From assembly GCA_035548315.1 (NCBI GenBank), contig DASZTF010000058.1, positions 1 to 60,667 on the forward strand: a stretch of 60,667 nucleotides of DNA. The letters are read 5' to 3'. Both the position numbers and the translations under genes were made by a program. This DNA comes from Minisyncoccota bacterium (GTDB lineage Bacteria > Patescibacteriota > Minisyncoccia > Phycocordibacterales > Phycocordibacteraceae). Shown piece after piece: positions 28,487 through 38,408 of this stretch (position 1 is its first letter; each line of letters begins with the position of its first letter). The notes below the pieces were generated by a model. That model did not search any database, had not been told where the DNA came from, and saw nothing but the letters and a program-made list of their open reading frames with translations.

Positions 28487-29077
28487 ATGTTTACCGGCAT
28501 CATCACCGCCACCGCACCCGTGAAGCAGGCACAGGAGGAACGGGGCCTCTATCGAGTCACCATGGGGAAGCCAAAGGGCTGGAAGCTCGCCCTCGGTGAG
28601 TCTATTTCTGTGGATGGGATCTGCTCTACGGTGGTCAAGAAAGACGCGAACACCTTCACGGTGCAGTACATCCCGGAGACCCTTATGAAGACGACCGCGG
28701 GGAACTTTGTGAAGGGCAGTATACGCAATTTGGAGCGCTCGCTTACACTCAAGACCCTGATCGATGGTCATATCCTCCAAGGGCACGTGGATACGCGGGC
28801 GAAGGTCGCGAACGTAGAGCACAAGGGCGGCGCGTATCTGCTCACCATCGAGCTCCCGAAGAATCTTCTCAAATTCGTCGCCGAGCACGGCTCCATCGGC
28901 CTCAATGGCGTATCACTCACGGTGGCTCGCAGGAAGGGTACCCAGGCCACTATCGCGCTCATTCCCCATACCCTTACGCATACCAATTTGGGCTCCTTGA
29001 GGAAGGGCAGCGAAGTCAATGTCGAGGTCGATCTCATCGCGCGGTACCTCGTCAACGCCCAGCGGTATGCGAAATAA
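28487..29077 (+). CDS. ribE: Riboflavin synthase alpha chain
   Basis: 196 aa. MFTGII N-terminus and a duplicated lumazine-binding barrel (GESISVDGICSTV / GSIGLNGVSLTV). Confidence 0.9.
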   Translation: MFTGIITATAPVKQAQEERGLYRVTMGKPKGWKLALGESISVDGICSTVVKKDANTFTVQYIPETLMKTTAGNFVKGSIRNLERSLTLKTLIDGHILQGHVDTRAKVANVEHKGGAYLLTIELPKNLLKFVAEHGSIGLNGVSLTVARRKGTQATIALIPHTLTHTNLGSLRKGSEVNVEVDLIARYLVNAQRYAK

Positions 29078-29525
29078 GCTGATAATCGCAGGCATCGCGT
29101 GCGTGGCTATCGGCGGATGTCTTTTACTCCTCTCCAAAGGACACGAGTCAGCGCCCTCGAATGACTATAGGACAGCTGCGAGCACTACCGGCTTCCAGTA
29201 CGAAGTAGTGAGCGACCCCGCTGCGCAGGAGCGAGGCCTCAGTGGCCGCACCGATGTCCCGGAGAATTACGGCATGCTGTTTGTATTCCCCACAGACAGC
29301 TCCTACGGATTCTGGATGAAAGATATGCTGGTGCCGATCGACATTGTATGGCTATCGGACACGGGTACTGTTTTGAAAGTCGATGCAGGTGTCGCGACGA
29401 GCACGTACCCAAATGTCTTTTACCCGCCATCACCTGTCCGATACGTGTTAGAGACAAAAGCGGGAGAATCTCAAAGACAGAGATGGATGGTGGGTACCAC
29501 ACTGCAAATTCCCTTTACGAATTGA
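29067..29525 (+). CDS. DUF192 domain-containing protein (secreted or anchored)
   Basis: ORF 29019..29525 trimmed to ATG 29067 (MRNKLIIAGIACVAIGG). Motif GMLFVF...FWMKDMLVPIDIVWL. Confidence 0.7.
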   Translation: MRNKLIIAGIACVAIGGCLLLLSKGHESAPSNDYRTAASTTGFQYEVVSDPAAQERGLSGRTDVPENYGMLFVFPTDSSYGFWMKDMLVPIDIVWLSDTGTVLKVDAGVATSTYPNVFYPPSPVRYVLETKAGESQRQRWMVGTTLQIPFTN

Positions 29526-29626
29526 AGAAACAGTCTCGAATCCACTGTCCACATGACAGGGACTTTCGTGAGAGATAAAATACTTAGTACGTCCTTATTT
29601 GACGCCTATTAATAACTTGTACCTGT

Positions 29627-32002
29627 ATGCCGAAAGCTGCCACCAAAATTGCCGCAAAAAGTGCGAAAAAAGTTGTAAAAGAAGCTCCGATTATTGTTGA
29701 AGAATCCAAGGAGACAAAGCGTTACCGAGAAATAATTCCTCAGCTCGAAAAGCGCGATGGAAGGATCACGACGTTCTCGTTCGAGAAAATTGTAAGTGCG
29801 ATTCACAAGGCAATGTCGGCGGCGAATGAAGGCAGTCACGAAGATGCGATTTTGGTGGCACATCAGGTAGCAGGAGAGCTCGCTCGGTTTGCAAAAAAGT
29901 ACAAGAATTTTCTCCCGACCGTTGAAGGTATCCAGGACTCGGTTGAGAAGCACTTGATGCTCAACGACTACACGGCAGCGGCGAAGGCATACATTCTCTA
30001 CCGCGATAAGCGCGCACAGATGCGCAGCGAGATGATCGAAGTCCCGGCGCACGTGCGCAAGCTCGCGGAAGAAAGCGCGAAGTACTTCAAGGGTAACCAG
30101 CTCGGCGAATTCGTATACCTGCGTTCCTACTCGAAATGGATTCCTGAAGAAGGACGCCGCGAGACGTGGGTCGAGACTGTGGACCGTTACCTCGGGTTCA
30201 TGAAAGAGAATCTCGGCAACAAACTTTCCGATAAAGAATACGCAGAGCTGCGCGAAGCGGTGCTCAAGCAGGAAGTGATGCCGTCGATGCGGCTTATGCA
30301 GTTCTCGGGAGAGGCAGCAAAGAAGTCAAATGTCTGCGCATACAATTGTTCTTACATCGCGCCGAGCAAGCTCGAAGACTTTGCAGAGATCATGTACATC
30401 TCGATGTGCGGCACGGGTGTCGGCTATTCCGTAGAGAGCCAGAACGTGCAGGCACTCCCGCAAATCAAATACCAGACCGGCGAAAAGCTCGGCACTATTA
30501 CTATTGGTGACAGCAAGGAAGGCTGGTGCGATGCACTCACGCTCGGTCTGCGCACGTGGTACGACGGCAAGGACGTGGAGTTTGATTTTTCGCAGATCCG
30601 CCCGGCAGGCGCACGCCTCAAGACCATGGGTGGTAAGGCATCGGGTCCTGAGCCGCTGCGCTCGCTCCTCTCATTTGCGCGCGAGCGCATCCTGGCACGC
30701 CAGGGCCGCCGCCTCCGCAACATCGACGCGCACGACATCATCTGCAAGATCGGTGAGTGCGTGGTGGCTGGTGGCGTCCGCCGCTCGGCGATGATCTCGC
30801 TCTCCGACCTCGACGACACGGAAGTCCGCGATGCGAAGAAGGGCCAGTTCTTCCTTTCCGATCCGCACCGGTCTATTGCGAACAATTCTGCGGTCTACAT
30901 GGAGAAGCCGGGTAATGAAGAGTTCATGGATGAGTGGGTGGCGCTTATGAAGAGTCGCTCCGGCGAGCGCGGTATCTTTAACCGCGGCGGTCTTATGAAG
31001 CAGCTCCCGCAGCGTCGCCTCACGTTCTGGGAAGAGACTGACTATATTAAGAATGGTCGCGTGGTCGGCCCGGCAGGCACCAACCCGTGCGGTGAGATCA
31101 TCCTGAAGTCCAAGCAGTTCTGCAACCTCACGGAGGTCATCGCGCGCGCGACCGACACCAAGGAATCGCTCGTGCGCAAGGCGCGCCTCGCGACGATTCT
31201 CGGTACCTACCAGTCCACGCTCACCAAACTCCCGTACCTCTCGAAGGAATGGAGCGAGAACTGTGAAGCAGAACGTCTCCTTGGCGTCTCCATTACGGGG
31301 CAGTGGGACTCCAGGGCGTCCCGCAACGCTGACGTGCTCGACGCCATGAAGGCCGAGACTATCGCTACCAATAGAAAGTATGCAAAGAAGTTCGGCATCA
31401 ACGCTTCCACTGCTATTACCTGCGTGAAGCCGTCGGGCACGGTATCGAAGACCTTTGATGTGGCGAGCGGCATGCACCCGCGCTACGCGCCGTACTACAT
31501 CCAGCGCATCCGCATCAGCGCTACCGACTCGCTCTTCAAGATGCTCCGCGACCAGGGCGTGCCGTACTACCCAGAAGTCGGCCAGGACGCAGAGACCGCG
31601 AACACCTACGTGCTCGAATTCCCGGTGAAGGCTCCAGAAGGCGCGATCACCAAAGACGACATTTCTGCGCTTGATCAGCTCGAGCACTGGAAGATGGTGA
31701 AGCAGCACTACACCGAGCACAACCCATCTGTAACGATTTCGGTGAGCGATGACGAGTGGATCGGTGTGGCCAACTGGATCTACGCGAACTGGGACATCGT
31801 GGGAGGTCTCTCGTTCCTCCCACGCTCTAACCACGTGTACCGCCTCGCGCCGCAGGAAGAGATCACGAAGGCGCAGTACGACGAGATGGTGGCACGCTTG
31901 GGTCACGTCGACTATGGCAAGCTCTACCAGTACGAGCGTCAGGACGAGACCGAACTCAAGCGCGAACTCGCCTGTGTCTCCGGTGTCTGCGACGTCATCT
32001 AA
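29627..32002 (+). CDS. nrdJ: Class II (adenosylcobalamin-dependent) ribonucleotide reductase with an N-terminal ATP-cone
   Basis: 791 aa. ATP-cone-like start (KRDGRITTFSFEKIVSAIHKA), active-site TNPCGEI and a C-terminal cysteine pair CVSGVCDV. Confidence 0.9.
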   Translation: MPKAATKIAAKSAKKVVKEAPIIVEESKETKRYREIIPQLEKRDGRITTFSFEKIVSAIHKAMSAANEGSHEDAILVAHQVAGELARFAKKYKNFLPTVEGIQDSVEKHLMLNDYTAAAKAYILYRDKRAQMRSEMIEVPAHVRKLAEESAKYFKGNQLGEFVYLRSYSKWIPEEGRRETWVETVDRYLGFMKENLGNKLSDKEYAELREAVLKQEVMPSMRLMQFSGEAAKKSNVCAYNCSYIAPSKLEDFAEIMYISMCGTGVGYSVESQNVQALPQIKYQTGEKLGTITIGDSKEGWCDALTLGLRTWYDGKDVEFDFSQIRPAGARLKTMGGKASGPEPLRSLLSFARERILARQGRRLRNIDAHDIICKIGECVVAGGVRRSAMISLSDLDDTEVRDAKKGQFFLSDPHRSIANNSAVYMEKPGNEEFMDEWVALMKSRSGERGIFNRGGLMKQLPQRRLTFWEETDYIKNGRVVGPAGTNPCGEIILKSKQFCNLTEVIARATDTKESLVRKARLATILGTYQSTLTKLPYLSKEWSENCEAERLLGVSITGQWDSRASRNADVLDAMKAETIATNRKYAKKFGINASTAITCVKPSGTVSKTFDVASGMHPRYAPYYIQRIRISATDSLFKMLRDQGVPYYPEVGQDAETANTYVLEFPVKAPEGAITKDDISALDQLEHWKMVKQHYTEHNPSVTISVSDDEWIGVANWIYANWDIVGGLSFLPRSNHVYRLAPQEEITKAQYDEMVARLGHVDYGKLYQYERQDETELKRELACVSGVCDVI

Positions 32003-32021
32003 TATTTAAAGGAGGGAAATG

Positions 32022-32047
32022 AAAAGACCCGCTTGCGCGGGTCTTTT
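32022..32047. terminator. Bidirectional terminator shared by nrdJ (plus) and rnpB (minus)
   Basis: AAAAGACCCGC-TTGC-GCGGGTCTTTT hairpin with A/T runs on both sides. Confidence 0.75.
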
Positions 32048-32054
32048 CATTTAT

Positions 32055-32350
32055 TGCGGACCGGATGATAAGCCGAGTTCTGTCGCACAGATCGCATACG
32101 ATCTGCGGGACGACTATCTATCTAGGATGATACTCGCGCATCACCTCAAGCGGCGCTCTCCATTGCTGGAGCACGGCCTTGCACAGCGGTAAGGATTTAG
32201 CCGTTTCACTCCCACTCAAGGGACTCGTCTCTGTTCGCACCTCGCGCCTTGCGGCGGACAGGCGTTACCTGCTACCAGACTGCAAATTGCTTTGCCTGTG
32301 CTCGGACTTTCCTCCCTTACAGAATAAGGGCAGTCGTCTATCCGGTCTGC
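32055..32350 (-). ncRNA. rnpB: RNase P RNA, bacterial type A, compact (about 296 nt)
   Basis: Minus strand carries GGGAGGAAAGUCCGAGC (CR-I/P4 5' strand), GGUAACGCCUG (P7-P10 region) and ACAGAACUCGGCUUAUC (CR-V/P4 3' strand). P1 pairs GCAGACCGGAU (5') with AUCCGGUCCGC (3'). Confidence 0.9.
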
Positions 32351-32461
32351 AAGCACTGTACCATAAAAACCTTATCTACACCACCGTTCCGTTCTGCGAT
32401 ACGGCGCGCGGTATACTAAAAGGACTTATCAGGGGAAGTAGTTTGAGCAGTACAATACTTT

Positions 32462-34864
32462 ATGGATACGGCACCAGTATCGAGGAAGTTCTCGTTCGAC
32501 ACTGCCGCAGTGTGGGCACTCGCGCTCACATTCGGTCTCGCACTTATTGCATTTATTCCCGGGACGGCGATCCCATTCGTGTACACGAAAGTCTCGATTC
32601 TTGCAGTCGGCGCCATCATCACGCTCGCGCTCTTCATCCTTGCGCGCCTCACGCGCGGCAATATTATTGTGCCGCCCGTGCTCCTTTTGGGCTCACTCTG
32701 GCTCGTGCCGCTTGCCTACCTTCTCTCCGCACTCTTCTCAGGCGAAGGCGTGCACACCGCGTTCTTTGGATCGGCGTTTGAGAGCGATACGTTCGGGTTC
32801 GTGGTCATCTGCAGCCTGCTCGGGAGTCTTGCAGCGCTCGTCTTGCGTCGCCGCGAACAGCTGCGTCTTTTCTTTCTTCTTGTCGCCGCTGCATTCGGCA
32901 TTGTGCTTATCGGTGAAGTGTTCTTCCTGATCGCAGGACAGGTAGCACCCAATTCCTTCTCGGCGAGCGCGAATCTTGTCGGCGCGTTTGTCGACCTTGG
33001 TATGTTGCTCGGGCTTGCGCTCACGGTAGGGCTGCTGGCGCTCCGCTTCACCGCGCTTCCTAGGCGAATGCGCGCCGCGCTCTATGTAGCCGGAGCGATC
33101 GAGCTTCTTGTCCTCGCGCTCGTGAATTCAGTCACGATATGGGTGCTCATTGCACTCGTAGCGCTCGGTATCTTCATCGAGGCCATCATGCGCCGCACGA
33201 TGGCCGCTGCAGATGACGACCTCGAAGGGGTCGCCGTCGTCGAAGCACCCGCTGCACTTGATACAGTGCAGGGTTCGCTCGTGGCACCGCTTATCGTGCT
33301 CGTGGTATCGATCTTCTTCCTTATCGGTGGTTCCACAATCGGGAACGCACTCACGGGCGCGCTCCGCGCTGGATCGCTCGATGTGCGCCCGTCCTGGACC
33401 TCTACGTTCCAGGTAGGGAGTCACACGTTCGCGTCGTCGCCGCTCTTTGGCACCGGGCCCAATACCTTTGGCACCGACTGGCTCAAGTATCGTGATGCAT
33501 CCCTCAACAGCACCATATTCTGGAACATCGATTTCACGTCGGGCATCGGCTATGTGCCCACGTCTTTTGTGACCACGGGCGCGGTCGGTGTCATTGCATG
33601 GATTGCGTTCCTCGCACTCATTCTCTACCTGGGTATTCGCTTCTTGCTCCTGCGCGCACCTACGGATCCGTTCCTGCGGTTCGTTTCGCTCTCGTCCTTC
33701 ATTGCGACGGTATACCTCTTTGCACTTGCGGTGCTCACAGTACCTGGGCCGCTGACCCTCGCGCTTGCGTTCATCGCGACCGGTGTGTTCGTCTCGAGCA
33801 TGCGCTACGGCACGGCTGCACAGGAGTGGGGCGTCGCATTCGCGCGCAGCCCGCGCATCGGCTTTGTGATCGTCTTTGCGCTCACATTACTGCTTCTCGC
33901 CGCGGTGTTCGGCGTGTACGTAGTAGTCGAGCGCTATCTCGGAGAAGTCGCGTATGCCAAAGCCGCGGTCGCACTCCAGGGCGGAGACCTCGAGACTGCC
34001 AGTGCCGACATCGCGCGCTCGATTCTCTTTGCCCCGAGTGATTACGGGTACCGCCTCTCGAGTTCGGTAGGGGTCGCACGCATGAATCAGGTCGCGAACG
34101 ATAGCACCCTCACCACCGACCAAGCGCGTACCAATTTCCAGGCGGCGCTCGCAAGTAGCGTGTCGGACGCGCTCACCGCGACCCAGCTTGGACCGAATAA
34201 CTACCAGAACTGGGGTGCGCTCGGCGATGTATATGCCGCAGTGGTGCCACTCGGGATCGACGGCGCCTACGACAACGCTAAGAGTGCCTACGAACACGCG
34301 GAGAGCCTCAACCCGACGAATCCGGTGCTTCCGTTCGCACTCGCACAGCTCGAGATTGCAAACAAGAACAACACCGCTGCCGAGGCCGACCTTACACAGG
34401 CCATCAGCTTGAAGCACGATTACACGCAGGCGATCTTCCTGCTCTCACAGCTTGAGGTTCAAGAAGGGAAAGCACAGGAGGCACTTCAAGCAGCGGAGGC
34501 GGCGGCATATTTTGCGCCGACCGATCCGACCGTGCTTTTCCAGGTAGGACTTTTGCGGCTTGGCACGGGTAACACCGACGGTGCGGTTGAGGCGCTCCAG
34601 GCGGCGATCAAGGTGAATCCGCAGTACGCAAACGCCCACTTCTTCCTGGCGGTTGCCTACGCCGCAAAGAAGGAGTACACCGATGCCATTACCGAGCTTG
34701 AGACGGTGTCTTCGCTCTCCCCTGATAACGCGGTGGCCGTTGCTGCAGATATTATGGCGCTTAAGGAGGGGAAGAACCCGTTCCCGGCGACGACCCTCTC
34801 CGAGGCTCCGGTCAGTGAGCCTGCCGCCACGGGAACGTCACCTGCCGCCACCCCGGCGCAGTAA
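32462..34864 (+). CDS. Large polytopic membrane protein with a C-terminal TPR domain (O-antigen ligase/polymerase-like)
   Basis: 800 aa. About 12 or more TM helices in the first ~520 aa, then TPR-like repeats (AKSAYEHAESLNPTN, AIKVNPQYANAHFFLAVAY...). TACAAT lies 5 nt upstream of the ATG. Confidence 0.55.
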   Translation: MDTAPVSRKFSFDTAAVWALALTFGLALIAFIPGTAIPFVYTKVSILAVGAIITLALFILARLTRGNIIVPPVLLLGSLWLVPLAYLLSALFSGEGVHTAFFGSAFESDTFGFVVICSLLGSLAALVLRRREQLRLFFLLVAAAFGIVLIGEVFFLIAGQVAPNSFSASANLVGAFVDLGMLLGLALTVGLLALRFTALPRRMRAALYVAGAIELLVLALVNSVTIWVLIALVALGIFIEAIMRRTMAAADDDLEGVAVVEAPAALDTVQGSLVAPLIVLVVSIFFLIGGSTIGNALTGALRAGSLDVRPSWTSTFQVGSHTFASSPLFGTGPNTFGTDWLKYRDASLNSTIFWNIDFTSGIGYVPTSFVTTGAVGVIAWIAFLALILYLGIRFLLLRAPTDPFLRFVSLSSFIATVYLFALAVLTVPGPLTLALAFIATGVFVSSMRYGTAAQEWGVAFARSPRIGFVIVFALTLLLLAAVFGVYVVVERYLGEVAYAKAAVALQGGDLETASADIARSILFAPSDYGYRLSSSVGVARMNQVANDSTLTTDQARTNFQAALASSVSDALTATQLGPNNYQNWGALGDVYAAVVPLGIDGAYDNAKSAYEHAESLNPTNPVLPFALAQLEIANKNNTAAEADLTQAISLKHDYTQAIFLLSQLEVQEGKAQEALQAAEAAAYFAPTDPTVLFQVGLLRLGTGNTDGAVEALQAAIKVNPQYANAHFFLAVAYAAKKEYTDAITELETVSSLSPDNAVAVAADIMALKEGKNPFPATTLSEAPVSEPAATGTSPAATPAQ

Positions 34865-34872
34865 TAGGGGAC

Positions 34873-36561
34873 ATGGTCGGGCGCATCATTCGTTCGCTCA
34901 CGAATCCGGTACGCGGTCTTCATGAGGCCGCGTACGTGCTTGCCGCGTTCGCGCTCCTCTCCCAGCTCCTTGCGCTGGTGCGCGATCGCTTGCTCGCCGG
35001 CACGTTCGGTGCAGGCGGCGTGCTCGACATCTATTACGCAGCATTCCGCGTCCCTGACTTCTTGTTCGCGACGGTGGCATCGCTACTGTCGCTCTACGCG
35101 CTCATGCCCATCCTCTCCCGACTCGAGGCCGAGCATCCGGGACGGATGATCTCATTTCTACGGCAGTGTCTACTCTGGTTTTTCGTGGGTATGGGACTCA
35201 TCGCCGCGATGTGCTTTGTACTCGCACCCCTTTTGATTCACCTTACCGCGCCGGGGCTCGCGAGCGATCCTGCGACCGCTGCGAATCTTGTCTCCCTCAC
35301 ACGCATCCTGCTCCTGCAGCCCATCTTTCTCGGTGCGAGCAACATCCTCGCGAATCTCACGCAGATGCGCCACCGGTTCGTGCTCTATTCCATTTCGCCG
35401 CTGCTCTACAACCTCGGCATCATTAGCGGTGTGCTGTTCCTCTATCCGCTCGTTGGTATCGCGGGCCTGGGGTGGGGTGTCGTCGTAGGGGCGGTACTCC
35501 ACTTCCTAATCCAGGTGCCCTACTTCGCACGCGAATCGATCGAAGAGCGCGTCCCGACGCGGGAAGCGCGTGGTTACCTCATGCAGGTGCTCGTGCTCTC
35601 GATACCACGCACGTTCGCGCTCGCTTCGACCCAAGTCACCATCCTGGTGCTCACGGCGCTTGCGTCCTATTTTGCGGCGGGATCTATTTCCGTCTTTACG
35701 TTCGCGTACAACCTCCAAGCGGTGCCGATCGCGATCATCGGTGTCTCATATTCCGTCGCGGCGTTCCCGACGCTCGCGCGGCTCTTTGCAAGCGGCGAGC
35801 GCGAGAAGCTCGCCGCGCATGTGGAGAATGCGCTCCGGCACCTTTTGTTTTGGTCGGTGCCGCTTACGGTACTCGTCATCGTGCTGCGCGCACAGCTGGT
35901 GCGCGTCATTCTTGGCACGGGCGCGTTTGATTGGGCAGCAACCCGTCTCACCGCAGCAGCACTCGCGCTCTTTATCGTGTCGCTCGCTGCACAGAATCTC
36001 ACGCTTCTTATCGCGCGCACGTATTACGCCGCGGGGAATTCGAGGAAACCACTTTACTACGGCATCGTGGATATTGTTGTGTCGATTGGCTCGGCACTCG
36101 CCCTCGCGGGTATATTCCACGCGAGTCCCGGACTTCGTCTCTTTATCGAGTCACTCTTGCGCGTCGATAACATCGTGGGGTCGACGGTGCTCATGCTCGC
36201 ACTCGGCTATGCGCTCGGGTCGATCGCCGAAGCGCTGGTTGGCTACGTATATTTCGTGCGCGACTTCGGTATCCCACAGCGGCGGGTGTTGCGGGTACTA
36301 CTCCAGTCGTTCGGGGCATCGGTCATCGGTGGTGCCGCTGCGTACGGCACGCTCGCGCTCCTTGGCGCCACCGGGCCACTCACGACGGTGATAAGCGTGT
36401 TTGCGACCGGCTTCATTGCGGGTATCGTCGGTCTCGGGGTTATCGCCGCGTTCCTCTATCTCCTCAAGAGCGAAGAGCTCGTCGAGGTGGTGGGCGCACT
36501 CCATCGCCGGCTCGTCCCCGGGACCGCGCCGGTTCTCGAACCGACCGACATCGAGTCATAG
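34873..36561 (+). CDS. murJ: Lipid II flippase MurJ (MviN family)
   Basis: 562 aa, 14-TM type. N-terminal LLSQLLALVRDRLLAGTFGAGGVLDIYYAAFRVPDFLF signature. Confidence 0.85.
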   Translation: MVGRIIRSLTNPVRGLHEAAYVLAAFALLSQLLALVRDRLLAGTFGAGGVLDIYYAAFRVPDFLFATVASLLSLYALMPILSRLEAEHPGRMISFLRQCLLWFFVGMGLIAAMCFVLAPLLIHLTAPGLASDPATAANLVSLTRILLLQPIFLGASNILANLTQMRHRFVLYSISPLLYNLGIISGVLFLYPLVGIAGLGWGVVVGAVLHFLIQVPYFARESIEERVPTREARGYLMQVLVLSIPRTFALASTQVTILVLTALASYFAAGSISVFTFAYNLQAVPIAIIGVSYSVAAFPTLARLFASGEREKLAAHVENALRHLLFWSVPLTVLVIVLRAQLVRVILGTGAFDWAATRLTAAALALFIVSLAAQNLTLLIARTYYAAGNSRKPLYYGIVDIVVSIGSALALAGIFHASPGLRLFIESLLRVDNIVGSTVLMLALGYALGSIAEALVGYVYFVRDFGIPQRRVLRVLLQSFGASVIGGAAAYGTLALLGATGPLTTVISVFATGFIAGIVGLGVIAAFLYLLKSEELVEVVGALHRRLVPGTAPVLEPTDIES

Positions 36562-36602
36562 TCGCTGGGATGCGTGCTTTCTGGTAGTGTGGTCATAACA
36601 GC

Positions 36603-38393
36603 ATGGAAATACGGAATTTCTCTATCATCGCGCATATCGATCATGGGAAGTCGACCCTCGCGGACCGGCTGCTTGAGCGCACCGGTACCATCGAGGCACG
36701 CAAAATGCGCGACCAAGTGCTCGATAAAATGGACCTCGAGCGCGAGCGCGGCATCACCATCAAGATGCAGCCCGTGCGCATGAACTATAAGGCGCCAGAC
36801 GGCAAGTCCTACATCATGAATCTCATCGACACGCCAGGGCACATCGACTTCGCCTATGAAGTCTCGCGTGCGCTCAAAGCCGTAGAGGGTGTGCTGCTTC
36901 TTGTGGATTCCACCCAGGGTGTGCAGGCGCAGACGCTGACCACGCTTGCGATGGCGCAGGAAGCGGGCTGTGTGATCGTGCCGGTACTCTCGAAAATCGA
37001 CTCGGCGTATGCGCGCGAGGAAGAGATTCGTGAATCGCTCGCCAAGCTCCTCAAGGTCGACCCGGGGACCGTGCTCGCTGTCTCGGGGCGCACGGGTGCC
37101 GGCGTCGATGAGCTCCTCATGGAAATCGTGAAGCGCGTCCCGCCGCCGCGCGCCGCAGAGGCCGATGAGCCACGCGCGCTCGTCTTCGACTTCTCCTACT
37201 CCACGCACCGCGGTATCGCGGTCTATGCGCGCGTGTTCGATGGTTCGTTTAAGAAGGGCATGCCGCTTACATTTAAGGCCGCCGACCGTACCTTCACCGC
37301 GCTCGATGTGGGCATTTTTACGCCAGACGAGACGCCGGCTGACTCGCTTTCCGCGGGAGAGATCGGCTACATCGTGACCGGCATCAAGGAGCCGGGTGTG
37401 GTGGCGGTCGGCGATACCCTCGGCGCCGCAAAGGGCAACCTGCCGGAGCTCGCAGGCTACGCGCGCCCGGCACCCGTGGTATGGGCATCAGTCTATCCGG
37501 AGAGCCAGGACGACCTGCCGCTCTTGCGGCAGTCGCTCGAGCGCCTGCGCCTTTCTGATTCGTCGCTTTCATTTGAAGAAGAGTCTTCAGGGGTGCTCGG
37601 GCGCGGATTCCGCTGCGGATTCCTCGGCATGCTCCACTTGGAGATCATCACCGAGCGCTTGCGCCGCGAGTTTGATCTGTCGCTCATCGTCACGATTCCC
37701 ACTATTGCATACGCCGTCACCGATAAGCACGGCAAGCGCGAAGTCTATTACACGCCATCAAAGTTCCCGCAGTACGGCGACATTGCACTCATCGAAGAGC
37801 CGTGGGTGCATGTCACGCTCATCGCGCCGCCGGAATCGCTCTCGCCCTTGATCCAGCTCTTCCATGATCACGAAGCAAGCGTGACACACACCGAATCGTA
37901 CCAGGACGGACGTATTGAACTTTCCGCTGAGATGCCGCTCCGCGAACTCATGCGAGGGTTCTTCGATCGCGTGAAGAATGTCTCGAGTGGATATGCATCA
38001 CTCTCCTACACGTTCCTCGATGAGCGCGCAGCGGATGTCGTGCGGCTCGATATCCTCGTGGCAGATGAGCCGGTGCCAGCGTTCGCACGCGTGGTGGCGC
38101 GCCGTCGCGTGCAAGAAGAAGCAGAGAAGATGGTGGAGAAGCTTCACGCCATTCTTCCGCAGCAGCAGTTCGTCACCAAGATCCAGGGAGAGGCACTGGG
38201 GCGCATCATCGCGTCTCGCACGCTCTCGGCGATGAGGAAGGACGTGACGGCCGGGCTCTACGGCGGCGACGTCTCGCGTAAAAATAAACTCCTCCAGAAG
38301 CAGAAGAAGGGTAAGAAGAAACTCAAGGCGCACGGCAAGGTGGACATCCCCGAAGACGTCTTTATGAAGATGGTCCAGGAATCCGAGCGGTAG
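36603..38393 (+). CDS. lepA: Translation elongation factor 4
   Basis: 596 aa. G-domain IRNFSIIAHIDHGKSTLADR, DTPGHIDF, and a LepA C-terminal domain with a Lys-rich tail. Confidence 0.95.
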   Translation: MEIRNFSIIAHIDHGKSTLADRLLERTGTIEARKMRDQVLDKMDLERERGITIKMQPVRMNYKAPDGKSYIMNLIDTPGHIDFAYEVSRALKAVEGVLLLVDSTQGVQAQTLTTLAMAQEAGCVIVPVLSKIDSAYAREEEIRESLAKLLKVDPGTVLAVSGRTGAGVDELLMEIVKRVPPPRAAEADEPRALVFDFSYSTHRGIAVYARVFDGSFKKGMPLTFKAADRTFTALDVGIFTPDETPADSLSAGEIGYIVTGIKEPGVVAVGDTLGAAKGNLPELAGYARPAPVVWASVYPESQDDLPLLRQSLERLRLSDSSLSFEEESSGVLGRGFRCGFLGMLHLEIITERLRREFDLSLIVTIPTIAYAVTDKHGKREVYYTPSKFPQYGDIALIEEPWVHVTLIAPPESLSPLIQLFHDHEASVTHTESYQDGRIELSAEMPLRELMRGFFDRVKNVSSGYASLSYTFLDERAADVVRLDILVADEPVPAFARVVARRRVQEEAEKMVEKLHAILPQQQFVTKIQGEALGRIIASRTLSAMRKDVTAGLYGGDVSRKNKLLQKQKKGKKKLKAHGKVDIPEDVFMKMVQESER

Positions 38394-38396
38394 CGG

Positions 38397-38402
38397 TATA
38401 AT
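38397..38402 (+). promoter_or_regulatory. -10 hexamer TATAAT 6 nt upstream of ATG 38409; leaderless-type promoter
   Basis: TATAAT-CAGGTA-ATG, starting 4 nt after the lepA stop. Confidence 0.5.
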
Positions 38403-38408
38403 CAGGTA

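Noticed and set aside
29526-29626. NrdR box or cobalamin riboswitch upstream of nrdJ
   Set aside because: Only a weak 5-bp-arm palindrome (CTGTC-CACAT-GACAG) is present. There are no tandem 16-bp NrdR boxes and no B12-box-containing structure. At 100 nt and AT-rich, the region is too short for a cobalamin riboswitch.
32179-32781. 200-aa plus-strand ORF spanning 32179..32781
   Set aside because: Its first half lies on top of the RNase P RNA gene and the divergent promoter region. Its second half is an alternative frame of the 800-aa membrane protein gene.
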